From Phallusia mammillata (taxonomy: Eukaryota), in contig OZ281496.1 of assembly GCA_965637545.1 (NCBI GenBank), forward strand, positions 21,762,001-21,826,000: DNA of 64,000 nt. Direction: 5' to 3'. The notes under the pieces were generated by a model. The model was not told the origin of the DNA. It made no database searches and saw only the letters and a list, made by a program, of their open reading frames with translations. The translations under genes were made by a program, and so were the position numbers. Below, in pieces: positions 21,501 to 34,302 of the stretch; position 1 is the stretch's first letter; the number at the start of each line of letters is the position of its first letter.

Positions 21501-24500
21501 ACCGGCCGTATCTTGGGATGAGAACGTTTCCTCAAACCTTTAATGTTATTTTACAACACTTTCGTACTATTTTTAAGTTGTCAGTAAAAAAGAGAAGAAA
21601 AAAACTCTGGGCGCATCCCCTTCTAGAATACTCAAATCAAGCTGTACAAGGTAAGGCGGGAAGCCTGTTTTAAGACGAGTAACTTTTGTTGACAAATAAC
21701 CAAAAAAAACAGCATTTTTCAATTTAATATTTTATCGTCATAATGGGTTCTTAAAATATTTAACAATAATAATAAGCAAAAATAACTTTTTTCCTCAAAA
21801 TAGGAATTAATTTTCTATTAGTGAGTATTTATTCGCACTGACATTCGTCTGCACACCTATGCTAATCGTTTAAGGGAAATATAATGTTAAAACCACAACT
21901 GCATTAATAATAATTGGCCTAGTACATTAGCCTAATATTAATTAACGAGAAAAGAAATATTTTGATGGTGGCATGCTGACAATGTTGGTACATTAAAATT
22001 TTATTTTTTTACACAGAATATACACAGTGTGTACAGAGTGGTATATTTTTGACCCTTTTACGATTGATGATCCGATGTACTACAATCCATGGAAGTCTGA
22101 TACCGTGCAGGGTGCATGGCCTATTGTACCGACAGAGTAAGTTGCCTACATGCTTTTGATCCATGGTAACCTGACAAAGCCGTAAAACATGTGCTTAGGG
22201 TTTGCCAAACATAAGCTACCTCAGCGAGACAAAATAAACGTCCTGGAAAATGTAATGTATTTTTATGCTTAAATATTCTGCGACTGGTGCGTGAAGTGTG
22301 GTAATGTGGTCGATATTAGCCTTGTGTTATATAAAGAGGAAAAGTACAACCCATAAAAAGCCTGCTTTAATCAGATGTTGATCGGCATTTAAGAACTAAA
22401 ATAGCTCTACTGTAGAACGAAATAAAATATTTGTAATGGATGTGTGGATGATATACTAAAAACTCAATTTTTAAAACACATTTTTAACTATACTAAACAC
22501 CTCGCATCACAAAAGTTTTACTGAGCAAAAACGAGTAAATATTTAATATTGTAAGTTAATTAAGCGATACAAAAAAAAATTAAACAAAAAATTATATTTG
22601 TTAACAAGTGGTCTTTGTTTAAATAAACTAAAACCCTGTACTACGACATCAGTACTATTTTGTCAAGCGACTTGGCCGGTTTTAATTTCTGGGGTTATTT
22701 TATTGTACACTTTGTGTTGTCAAACATTTAAGCATTGTTTTTGCAGAGAGTCGGGTCCTTATATCACACAATGCAAGAGTTGGGCCCGCAACTTCGATAT
22801 TCTACTTAAGGATGAACTTGGTTTAAATTACTTCACTGAACATTTGAAAAAGGAGTTCAGTGAAGAAAATCTTTCTTTTTATTTGGATTGCGTTTATTTA
22901 AGAAGCGCACCACAAAGTGAAGTCGAGGAACTCATCAAGAATATTTTCAGGTAAACAAAACAAAATGGATTGATCAGATAAAATATTTTCCTAGTACGAT
23001 TTCCGCAAATTGGCCGAATGTTCTGGCGCGCCTGATCCATACATAGACCTAAAAAAACCTTGTATAAGCTATTGCTGCCAGGCATAATATCAAGTTTATA
23101 GAGTTCTTCTTGCAAGTATTTTTATTCCGACGTTTCGACGTCCTATACAGGTCGTCTTCGTCAGGGTGAAATTTAAAAAAACCTTGATTGGGATTATTCT
23201 CCAGAAGCGTCCAGGATTCGAATCCCGTAAAAAGAAGTTGGCGGACTATGTATCGAGTTTACCGTTCATTAAATTATGGTTTGGTCTATTTGGATTGGTC
23301 TAATACGAATTGTTTTTTAACCACTTTAAAATAGTTTGTTTGAATCTTTTTGAAATGACACAAACTTTCATTGTTTGGGTTTTTCTTAGGTCCTTACTTT
23401 ATTGCTTAAGAGTTATGACTATCTCTTCTGTAATGCCATATTGTAAATTGCCTAATATGTTTTCCTGAAAGAAACAAATTATGAATAAGCTGTGCTGTCA
23501 GACAAGACATTGACACGTCGGCATATTATAATAAAGACCGCTGGAAGAGCTAAACCTTTGTTGATACAAATAATGCATCCAAGGGCTTTAACAATGAACG
23601 TATTTAAACTTCTTCCATTGATGCAGTGAATTTATTTCTCCCAATGCGGCAACGCCCATCAACATCGACACACAGACCATGAACCAAGTCAAACAAGAAA
23701 TGAAGAAGAATAAAACGCGATACACGTTTGACATGGCACTCGAACACATTTACAAACTGATGAAGAAAGATTCCTACAAACGATTTGTCAATTCCAACAT
23801 CTACAAAGATGCCTTGGCAAACTCAAAACATCCTTGCAAACCACCGTAAGTACAGTAAAGCAAAGTAAAATATATTTTTATTATATTTCTAGTCATCTTT
23901 CTATAGGTCATAAAGCAAAGGTTCTCAACATTTTTTTCGTTTATTTCTTACAGGCAGTTTTGAAAACAAAAATATTTAAATTGATCTTGTCTAGACTGAA
24001 AATTATTTTAACTTGATAAAATTTACCACAAAACATCTCAAACTCTGACCTCTGGCTTAAACAACTTGTAGGATGAATACCACGTTTACAAACATTTTGA
24101 CGAATGCTGCACTTTACTTACAAATATTAAAATTAAAAAACAACAGAAAAGCATTAAAAGATAACATGTAATCAATGTAACTTATAAGTTTTAATTTTTA
24201 CTTCACTGATATTTGCGTTTGCCAGCATAATGCGTACCTAAATGTTGGCTCTAATTTGTCATTCATTTTAATAGAAAGGAGAAAATACGACTTCCAAAGT
24301 AAGTACTAATAGTTTCTGTAGAAATTCGTTTTCTGTCCGAATCCAAGAAACGTAGTAATGCTTAGCACAAATGTGTAGGCGTGTTGATCTTTTGTTAACT
24401 TACTGTTTGCAGTTTTGGGTTAAAATAATCATAAATTTTGAAAAAAAAAATGTAACTCGCTACCATTAGGAAAACGTCTAGCGTAATGTACTTTATAACT

Positions 24501-25014
24501 ACCTTTCGGAAAGGCTGTTGCAGTGGTGCTTTTAATTTTTTGGGGGAGTTAAAACTAAATTTGGATTTTATTTTTTCTGTAATGCTTTTAAAAAAAATGT
24601 TAAAAAAACATTACATCTGAGTGGCCAATGTTTTGTACTCATCTATACTTCCTGACTAATTAAACACTATTTGCACTGTGTTAAAAGGAATGCTAACAAA
24701 GTGCACTTGTTTTTGTTCATGGCACCATTTTAAGAAAATTCATAACAATAACACAATTTTGTGCTCACCTATAGCTTATTACCAAACACTATTTGCACTG
24801 TGTTAAATGGAATTATAAGAAAACGCTATGTTCATGACATCATTAAAAAAAATTGATCACAAATGCACATAGATCATAACTCCCTGGTAGCACGTGGCAT
24901 CACATAGTAGAAAATCAAGAGAACTTGTCTGTTTTCACCCCGTTTGTTTCTGCAATACTTATTAGTTTACCCATTTCTGTTTCGCACTCCAGTATAAAAG
25001 CTGACGAATTTTAA
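15573..25014 (+). CDS. R7-subfamily regulator of G-protein signalling (RGS6/7/9/11-like: DEP-DHEX-GGL-RGS)
   Basis: Exons 15573-15734, 16761-16841, 17571-17778, 18849-18970, 20243-20294, 20351-20412, 20513-20589, 21028-21231 (or -21209), 21585 (or 21578)-21650, 22017-22136, 22747-22950, 23627-23845, 24275-24298, 24993-25014. Motifs: DEP (LIQWL..EACHLA..GFIFP..DDNVFYRYQTPYHWPS), QEYAFW..RP, GGL (FDPF..NPWKSD), RGS (WARNFDILLKDELG..FLKKEFSEENL..HIYKLMKKDSYKRF). First and last two exons are less certain. Confidence 0.9.
16041..16499. mobile_element. hAT MITE in RGS intron
   Basis: TIR CGGTGGTTCCCAACC / GGTTGGGAAACACTG. Perfect TSD GTCTAAAC at 16033 and 16500. GCGACCC repeats. Confidence 0.9.
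17896..18349. mobile_element. hAT MITE in RGS intron
   Basis: TIR CAGCGGTTCTCAAAC / GTTTGAGAACCACTG. TSD is degenerate. Confidence 0.75.
18713..18782. repeat. Two-unit tandem duplication (33/34 bp)
   Basis: AGAAACCCACAAGAGAGATCCA(T/GG)CTCATTGAAA twice. Confidence 0.9.
19100..19963. mobile_element. Mutator-like MITE (GGTAGAGCTA family), copy 2, hosting a nested hAT MITE
   Basis: Ends GGTAGAGCTACTAAC / GTTACTAGCTCCACC. 9-bp TSD GCATTCACC/GCATTCACT. Internal sequence homologous to 50779-51030. Confidence 0.8.
19254..19789. mobile_element. hAT MITE nested in the Mutator-like MITE
   Basis: TIR CAGTGGTTCTTAACC / GGTTAAGAACTG. Perfect TSD GTCTAAGG at 19246 and 19790. Confidence 0.88.
23011..23230 (+). 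mobile_element. tRNA-derived SINE interrupted by a Penelope-like fragment
   Basis: A box TGGCCGAATG at 23011 and B box GGATTCGAATCC at 23214. Colinear with the uninterrupted copy at 41860-41960 once 23063-23186 is removed. Confidence 0.75.
23063..23186 (-). mobile_element. Penelope-like retroelement terminal fragment with minimal hammerhead-ribozyme core
   Basis: Flanked by a 13-bp duplication TAAAAAAACCTTG (23050, 23174). Minus strand reads CTGACGA-A-GACGACCTGTATAGGACGTC-GAAAC-GTC-GGAATAAA. Confidence 0.65.
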
Positions 25015-25914
25015 CCAAAGCATGGATGTAGCCTTAATTGTCTCCAAATAGTTTTATGTTGTGTGTTGGATGTTGTATATAACACTTGTCCTGTAGAGTC
25101 AAGTAGTGGGATGTTATATTTTGTAATTCAGATTGATTTTAAGGATTTGGAGACTTTCACAGTTTTTACCAAAAAACAAACCAGGAGATGCGGACGTCGA
25201 AAGGTAAACAAAAATTCAAGTTTCTTATGCATAGCCGGTTATAATTATATTTCACCGATTTCGGTTGTATTTATAAAACAATTTAGCCTAACAACTTACA
25301 GAAACCCTATATATGTAAGCTATATTCATGTTTATGATTTGCTTTACGAAATTTATGAGTTCTAACACATAAATAGCTTAACAAACCCCATGCACTTTAA
25401 ACACTGTTTTCCAAACTTTTTCTCAAGGGTTCATGCATGACATAAATAAAAACGCAGAGAGCACCATTGATATGAATGTGAAAAATAAGCAATGAAATTT
25501 AAGTGTCGTATTGTATTATTACGTTAGTGTGCAACTGGCTACCTACCAAAAAAGACACACTGTTTGAGAGCCACTGGATTAAATTATGAGATGTTGCAAC
25601 TTTTTGGAAAATAACAAGTTTTCTGGCTTTGCACTTTACAGAGGAGAAATGCCCACCCTTGGCAATTGAAGTGGATGCTTTTGGAGATTTTTGTATTTTA
25701 GTGATGTCTTCGACTAACCTACCAATGTTCCTACTGCGTTCATTTATTTCGTGTTTCATCTGACAGTTTGGAGTTGTATTTAGTCTTACTAGACGCAAAA
25801 ATAGAGCAAAGTAAACAAAAGTTAAAACATTGCGGACCTTGCGAATGAAAAATAAAAAATATTGCCATATATACAAACCAAACTAATGTGCATTAATAAG
25901 GCTTACATATTTAG

Positions 25915-26310
25915 AGACTGAGTTGTATTAGGAGCCGAACCCGAAAGTACAAGCCCAAAACCCGGCTCGAACACCATTTGTTTGAAAACAAAAGGTTGGC
26001 AATTGCAAAACATGTCGGACCCAATTTGTTGATAGTTGTAAACGGGCCTAAAATTGGAGTACGAACCCGGCCTCAACCCGAAAGTGCAAGCCCGAAACAC
26101 GCCCGAACCCCAATCGTTTTTAAGAAGCCAGTTTAGACCCGAAAGTTTAATTTGTAGGCGTATACTTCGGAAAGACAAAGCAACAAACACAATAGATAAT
26201 GGCCATGGACGAGGGTTGTTGGGGATTGGTTTATGCCTATTAACTAGCAGCTTAGCTCGTAAACTTATTAAAATAACCTAAGGCCCAACCCGGCTCGACT
26301 TACAACTCTG
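25915..26310. repeat. Dispersed TIR-type repeat (TAGAGTTGTAA..CCCGAA family)
   Basis: Reverse-complement homology to 55230-55610 and a partial copy at about 30438-30607. CCCGAA/TTCGGG multimers; ends GTTGTAA/TTACAAC. Confidence 0.7.
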
Positions 26311-27114
26311 TTACACTTAAGTCAGGCCCGAAGCAAATCTTCACATTTTAGCCCGAAACCGACTAACATGCTTCTTAATACAAGATTGATGATGTACCAC
26401 AGGTTTTTACATAAGTAATAGGTCATTAACACACTACTGAATTATGTACAAGTGTTTCTGTACTTGAATAAACGTAAATCAATAAATTAACACTGTTTCA
26501 GCGTTTGTACATATTACACGTTTCCTGTTGCAATATGTTTCAATGCAAAGCGCTTGTAAAAATAAACGAATTCTTTGTTACATGTGTAGTAACATTTTTT
26601 GAGTTTACTTTATTTAACAATATGTTTTTAATACAGTTAACATGTTTGCAGCTACAAACACATTGCGTATTAGAATCCCTTTTTCGCAAAAACGAAGCAT
26701 TAATGTTTTCCGACAGGATACCATGCGTTTCCTGGTTAGACCACGTGACCTGTTAGTCGGTAATTTATTTGAGAGACCCGCCCTTATTCAGAACGCAGAA
26801 AATATAACGCAGTGTACGTTTTTTTCAAATCATGGTTTAGAATACACTACTTTTTGAGATAGATAATGCAGATATGTTACTGTGGGCGAAATGGTATATA
26901 TTCTCATCATTTAGAAGAGGTTTGTTTAAATTATAAACATCAAGTTCTTTTCGGATACATAACGAATAAGCACTTTTAATATCTGCATTTGTAATACAGC
27001 TTTTCCTTTAGTTTTTGAAAGTACAAGTGATTCCATTTTTCTTCAGATTAGTAGGTTTTTATTAAAAAAGACCGTAAATATCTTAAAAGGGGAGGCATAG
27101 TCAAAATCACCAAG

Positions 27115-28365
27115 ATGTTTGACATTATTATGACCATAACGTTTGGTCTGATCAGTCTTATTCTCATAATTGTTTCGGCTGCAACTCCAGCTTGGCTGAG
27201 TAACGGAACTGGAATCTTTATTAACTGTATCACTACGGCAGGTGGACTTGCAGGATGCACAGGAGTCTTTGGTAAGTTTGGAGGTTAACCTTGCTCAGAC
27301 CTTAAGCACCAAAGTCTCAGAATGTGCGAAAAAAAAGAATGTAACGGCCCAAATGACATAATGGGCGACATGCTTTATAGTTTAGCCGTTTAGGCTATGC
27401 TCATACCCAGTGGTGGGATTCAGTCGGTTCGCACCGGTTCTATAGAATCGTCTCAAGAAAGTTTATGAGATCAGCGAACCGGTTAGCATTACTGGTTACT
27501 GTCAATGGACTTTTTGTAACAGAACCGGCTGAAAAATATGACTTTTGTGATAGAACCGACTGACAAAAATTTTGAATCCCACCACTGTTCATGTAATCAT
27601 TAATGATATATTCGTTGTTCGACTTATAGACAGTGTGTGTATAGTGCCCCGAATAACATCAATTCATTGCGACATTAACTTTTCTTCTGTGTAAAGAAAA
27701 CATTTTATTTTCAGGCAACGAAGTGATCAGCTTAGTGACAGCGGTGCTTTGCATTATAAGTGCTACTTTTGCTCTCGCGGCGCTTATATTCTTTGCAGTC
27801 TACGTTAACCGATACTTGAGGCAGCAGGGACTCACTGCAGCGACACTGTACCTTTTCTCGGGTGAGCAAACAATACGACAAAAACAATACTGGGCCAAAA
27901 CAATTTAAAATAGAAATCTTATGTTTTATTAACAACTTACTTTTTAAATAAAGGAGTTTTTTATCGCGATTCTAATAAATTAAAACTATTAACTGGTAAA
28001 GGGCTATATCGACATAAGTTCATGGCTTATCCCAGCCTAGTGGATTATATACATCACTTCTTTGCTATACTTGTTTCGTAAAACGGATTGCTTATGTTGA
28101 AGTTTGAAGTATTATCATACCAAACATGGACAAACCAAAAGCCATGGAACCTCATAAGTTAATTAACCGTATGTATTTCGTTTTAGCCACCTTTGCTATA
28201 GCGGCTGGCATTGTTTACCTGGTTGGAACAATTGACCAAACTGTGCCCAACGGTGGACTATATTACTTTGGCTACAGTTTTTACTTGTGTTGGGGAGCTG
28301 CACTGAGTGGTTTAATTGCCTGTGGGTTCGGCTTTTATGCTGGAGCAAAAGGCAACGAAGTGTAG
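27115..28365 (+). CDS. Claudin/PMP22/EMP-superfamily four-pass membrane protein (~160 aa)
   Basis: Exons 27115-27271, 27715-27861 and 28187-28365 join in phase. TM1 then PAW..GIFINC......C (W-GLW-C-C variant), three further hydrophobic segments and FGYSFYLCWGA. Confidence 0.88.
27408..27587. mobile_element. hAT-type MITE (CAGTGGTGGGATTCA family), copy 2
   Basis: Perfect 15-bp TIR CAGTGGTGGGATTCA/TGAATCCCACCACTG. Colinear with 789-966. TSD not conserved. Confidence 0.85.
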
Positions 28366-30118
28366 TAAACCTATACGTTATTGCCTACACCACTAGATAA
28401 ACGTTTTTCTAACTGTTTTTGGTATGCCCATTTTCGAATGGTAGCCCTAATATAGTCAATTTGCTACGTTTTTGAAACAAATATGCAAAGTAGTTTGCAA
28501 TGACAGCATTAACTTTATTGACTTAATGTTTCCATCAAGCAATTCGGCAATTTATAAAAATAAAACGTTTTCCTCATCATACATTTCGGTGCACAGTAAA
28601 TGTTTTCATTTCCTGGGCTTCCTGTCTGCGAATGTATTGTTCTTTATTGCGTTGTAGAGCTGTCGGGTCCTTTTAATTTGTCGTGTATACATTACGATGA
28701 TATTATGAACGTTTATTTGCTTCGTATCTATGCAATGATCACTTTTTCTATGCAATAGCGTCTTCGTATTTATCACACACTTTGCTTTGTATGTAGCTGC
28801 CCAACAAGCTTGATAACTATAGTCGCTTTAACACCGCCTTTAAAAGTGTAAAAAGCGTACAAATGTCGGCCTATTAACCCACTATTCGCAAACTACGAAA
28901 ATAAACCAACTTTTCCTCAATTAGATTTCGTAAGTTTACCATTGCTAACCTATCCACTTCAGGTCGTCTGACGTCACCAGTCAAGCGGAAACATCATTCT
29001 CTGACAAAGCACGAGGGTAGACAGCTTTTGCACAATGAAAAAGTGCGCTTTAAATGGTTGTCGTCCCAACGTTTGGGTTTAACAGATACGAGTGAGTTTG
29101 GGTTGCGCAGAGACTAAGAATTTTATGCCAACATGCAAAAGTATTAGTGACAAAAATAAGCAGGTGTTTACGACTAGTATACCCCTGCGTTTATGCGGAC
29201 ATTAGTGTGGTTTAGCGTATCATTTGAAGCAAAAAGTCTCTAATCTGCCATTACGTTTATAGCACTGTCTTCAACTAAACATATGATCAGGGCCAAATTC
29301 ATCCCCCATTGTAGCCTACACGTTCATGTAAGAAAAATGTAATGCCGGAAACAGCTGCGGAAACTGTAGTGAACAAGCTTGGCAAGTTAATGTGCATTTT
29401 ATCACACACATTCTCACTCTGTTAACTTAACCATTCAGACTGTATACTTCAAAGTAAAATACCGCACTGCCCAGTTCTGGAAAATTGAGTCAACATCAGA
29501 AGCTCAGCACGCGGATAAATCCCTTCTTTCAAAATGGTATGCGTGCTGACAGCTTGTCGTGCCCAAGGCAAACTTGTTTCAAATAGTTCAACGGTTTCAA
29601 ATTACTATTATTGCCCACTCGTCAGGGTTTAGTATTGGAAGACGGTTGCTGGTTTGTTGTACTGCTTAGGAGGCCACAGTTTACTTTCAGATAATGTTGT
29701 TGAAACAATTTAATGTTATATCTGCAAGATTCGGGTTTATGAGAAACAATGTGCAATAAATGGCGACCAGTATTCTATAGTTTCGAGCAGTATTCTGTAA
29801 TATGTGTAAACAGGCATATTGTTTTTGCATAATGAGCATGTAGCCTGTTTGGAGCTGTTTAAAACTGTACATAGCAACACAATAGCACTGTATAGCATGG
29901 CTGCAGTATAAATGCGGTGTCATATTTTTTTCTCTTTCATATCCTGTAGCCAGTGTTAAAATTATTACCAGCATAGCTATACAAAAATGTACATTTGCCT
30001 GTCAGCAAGTCGTTTTAATGCGCTACTAGGCATTTTTTGTGAAGGCATCCTGGGTAAAATTGATTTGCTAGTTTCAGACAAGTGTTTAATCTAAACCAAA
30101 TGATTTTTGAAAAAAAAT

Positions 30119-33100
30119 ATGTTTCTCGCCTTTAACACTTTATGCACGCTCGACTACGTATTCTGGGGTATATGCTTTGCACTTTTCGCGCTATTATTTC
30201 AACGTTGGCACCGAAAGCCTTGCCCCAACTTTCCACTAGGACCCCGGGGAATTCCCGTGTTAGGGGTGCTACCGTTTGCCGGGAATTACCCTGAGAGAAA
30301 AATACGCCAATGGAGTTTGGATACCTATGGCCCTGTGATGTCTGTAAGACTGGGATTCAACGATGTTCTGTTTCTTAACAGCTACGAAGCTATTCAACAG
30401 GTTTGTACAAAATAAGCCTGTTGTATATTAAAACATAATTGTAAGTCTGGCTGGGCTCTTCAAGTCGTGTTCGTGTTCGGGATAAAGGTTAAGGTAAATC
30501 TTGAATAAACAGACTGTGGTTTGTTTTCTAAAATAGGGCGTTCGGCCCGGGATTGGGCTTGAGCTACTTTAGGGTTCGGGCCACACTTTCGCGTCCAATT
30601 ACAATTTTGTGTTAAACAATCTGTTAAGTATAATATAGCTTCAGTAACATCTAAAAAAATAAGTTAATTAAATTAATTGACAACGACGGTTTGTTTAAAT
30701 GCAGGCTTTTGTCAAGCAAGCAAATGCATTCTCTGGACGTCCACAGATTAACATTTTGCAAGATATATCACAGAATCAGGGTATTATTATGGTGGACCAT
30801 GAAGGCTTTCACAAAGCATTGCGACTTTTTGTCGTACAAAAGTTAAAACAGTAAGTTTTCATTGATTGACATCAAATTGATGTCTTTGAACTAGAATCGA
30901 CTGACTTTGTTTCAACAGAAGGTTTTAACGCCCAGATGTTCTTTTGCGTTGACCATGCAATCAGTGTTCGTCTATGTTTTCGATTTTTAACTGATATGGT
31001 TGATATGTTGGTGTTATGGCTTGGTATAAACCAGTCAAATAGTAAAACTCTGCAGGCCTTTTAGATGTATTATTCTTTATTATCAGATTCGGATATGGAA
31101 AAAGGGGAATGGAAGACGTTTGCAACGATGAGATCGATTGCCTCATTAACAGATTCCGCCAAAAGATAGGACAGCGAGTTGACATTACGGTAGATTGATT
31201 TCTGTGAAAGATTGCTTTAAAAGGCTTCCATAAAAGCCACCTGAAACCTAAATTAACAAAGCCAACGCTAAAACAGTTGTAACAAAAATTAATAATCATA
31301 AGTGCTTGTCACATGATTTTAAGTAAGCAATTTCTCTGCAAAAACGTTAATAATCCTAAGCTTTAATAACAATGTTGTATTCGCTGTCAGAAACTGAGGA
31401 TGCCATAAACACTTGATGAAATCTATATTCTGTGAAAATACTGTGTACAACGGTTGATTCTGTTTGTGTCCTAGAATTTTATACACTGGGTTTGGATTAT
31501 AATCCTAAGTCATGTACATATACTTTATATATACCAGACAGATCTAAGTATCGTGACAGCGAACGTGATTTTTAATCTGACCTGTGGAAGGAGATGTAAC
31601 ACCGATGATCACCGATTTCGTCGCTGCATATGGCTTGTTCATAAGTCGTACGTGGATTGTTTGATGCTTTGTTAAGTGAAATCGTTGAGCAAGCTCTTAA
31701 AATCTGTTCTATGCCGTTTTAACGCGCTGTGCCCTAGGCTGATATTTTTCAAAGGCTATAGTTGGCAACACGCTGCTATGTTTGAGGTATAGCGGCATCA
31801 CTAGAAACCATTTGTCTTTTTTCACCATTATCGTACATTAGGTAAAACCTAAGTTGTGTTGATAAAAATAATGTGTGGCATTTAGTTATTTTATTGGCCA
31901 TATCTACAACACAATAAAGTTACCCCTATTTTTTCGATAGCTAAATTGGTTGAAGAAAAGTCTTGTCGTTTTTAACTTAATGGCAGTGTAGTGTAAAAGG
32001 TTTCCTAACAAACCAAATAATTCTATGCAAAGTAAACACATTTCTAGATTTACAAACACCGATGATTCGCTTTACATTGCAATGCTGACTTTGTTCGACT
32101 CTCTAAAATACATCCCGCCCTTCCGTGGCGCTCGTGAGCGGTTTTTGCTTTACCAGAACGAACTTATAAGTGAGTTGTTATTTTTGTATGTCGTACTACT
32201 TTATCTGAATAAACATACCCTTTTTTGCATTTTTCATAATAGTTGTAAAACAACACCATTTTGGAACACTTAAACGGATCTGTTCATAGGTTTAATGGTG
32301 AAAATAACTTTATCAATGATGATGACATGAGCATTTGCCGAAACGTTTGAAATATAAAGCATGTCGCTTTTTTACTTCTACTTGGACCGTTATTTTTACT
32401 ATTAAACACTCTTTTAATGCAACGCCATTTTTGGCAACTGTTTTTGAGTGGAAAATTGTTTAAACCTAATTGAAAGCTTGTATTCTTTAGCACATTTGTT
32501 CTGCCCTGTTTATTTGGCGAATCGACTTTATTTTGCAAACTTTAAATCATTAAAGCTTTAGAAAGTAAACATTTTACATGTACTTGGTATTCTTAGATCA
32601 ATTTAAGAAGGAAGTCAACGAACACAGAAACACTTTTGACCCAAGTGATCTTCGAGACTTTATCGATGCGTTTCTACTTGAACAAGCAAAAGAGAAACAA
32701 ATAGAGGGAAAGAATTCGAAATTTACAGTGCGAAAAGTCCTTTAAACACGCTAACTGTTTTATGTCACCGCACCACCGCACCTTTCTGTAAAACTCAATT
32801 GCCGCCTATAAATAGATAAAAATATGTTTAAGGACGGTGAATTGTTTCTTTGCGTTCGCGATCTCTTTGGAGGCGGCGTTGAGACTATTGTTACCATGGT
32901 GAGGTGGTCGATTTTGTGTCTGCTGCATTATACACAATTTCAAGATATCCTTGTCGAAGAAATTTTACGAGTCCTGGGTAAGTGGTTAAGAAAATATTTG
33001 GGGCTGAGTTCTGAGTGAATACACGCTCCAATTTATGCTCTTCAGCGTAGTTTACTAACCGTACTACTAAAAGCACAAAGTTTCTTGCAAAGTTTACTTA

Positions 33101-34302
33101 GTTGCAACACGCTCAGACGTAGCTGTGTGACAACGAATATATGTTTCTCTGTACTTTTTTGCACCTCAAGTGGAAAATAGGTCCGTTTTGTAGGACAAAA
33201 CTCGTGTTACATATAATATCGAAATATACCCTTAGTAAGCAGATTCGATGTTAAATCTATAAACATATACTGAGCCTAAATAACATCGCTATCAATATCC
33301 GAATGCAGTTTCGAAACAAAAATGCACGTTTAGGTAGGGAAATCGCTTAAAACTCACTGATGCATAGATCTTATTGAGGGCAACACAAGAAACCAAGACA
33401 GGACTACAATCAACACTCTGGCCAGAATAAACTGGCCTCTGAATGTTTTGGCATATACCGTACTGCGTGTTTTGTTTACATACAGGGTGTTTAATTCCAA
33501 CTTGACATGTGTTTTATGTTCGATGTCGTTTTATCTGTCAGGACCTTTAGGAAAACCTTCTATGGCATTAAAGAAAGATATGCCGATGATGTTTGCTTTC
33601 TTGCAAGAAGTATACAGGTATCGCCCTGTTGTTACCCTCAACATACCTCACATGACAACCGAGGATACTCAACTATACGGTTATAACATACCCAAAGGCA
33701 CCAGGGTAAGATGATATTCAATTAAATTGGTATCACCAAGTCGACTGAAGTTACGTAAGAAGATTGCTTCGTATTGTTGAAAAAAAACACACATAGTTTA
33801 ACCCGTCACTTTTTGGCCTGGATAGTTTGTTCAACTCAAACTGTATCCTGTTGGGAAAAACGTATTTTTACTGTCATTTACGCGACTATATCCCAGTATT
33901 AAATGTGAAACATATGTTAGTTTGGCTAAACACAAATAAGTATCATTTGCTGTTACTTATTCAAGTGTTCTATAATTTTATAAACAGGTTACTGCAAACT
34001 TTTGGGCGGCTCATTTCGACCCACAAATATGGAAAGATCCCTTTAAATTTGACCCATATCGACACATTGATGAAGAGGGAAATTTTGTACCTTCAGAAAA
34101 AGTGATACCATTTTCGATGGGGCCTCGCTTTTGTTTAGGCGCAAATCTTGGAAAAATGGAAGTATTTTCAATTTTTGTAAGAATCTTGCAGAATTTTAAA
34201 ATAATGCCGTCAAGTGACCAATTGCCGTCACTAGATGAAGGCACGACTATGATTGCGTTTTCACCGCTTCCTTTTGACATTGTATTGAAAGAGCGTCTTT
34301 GA
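30119..34302 (+). CDS. Cytochrome P450, CYP2 clan (copy A, ~505 aa, intact)
   Basis: Exons 30119-30400, 30705-30850, 31087-31189, 31538-31647, 32048-32169, 32597-32727, 32833-32977, 33542-33705, 33988-34302. Motifs FPLGPRGIPVLG, RDFIDAFL, GGGVET, EVYR, FDPYRH, FSMGPRFCLG. Confidence 0.93.

Noticed and set aside
29500-29550. Two GCGTG/CACGC (XRE core) motifs upstream of CYP A
   Set aside because: Two 5-mers are within chance expectation, and CYP2-clan genes are not typical AhR targets.
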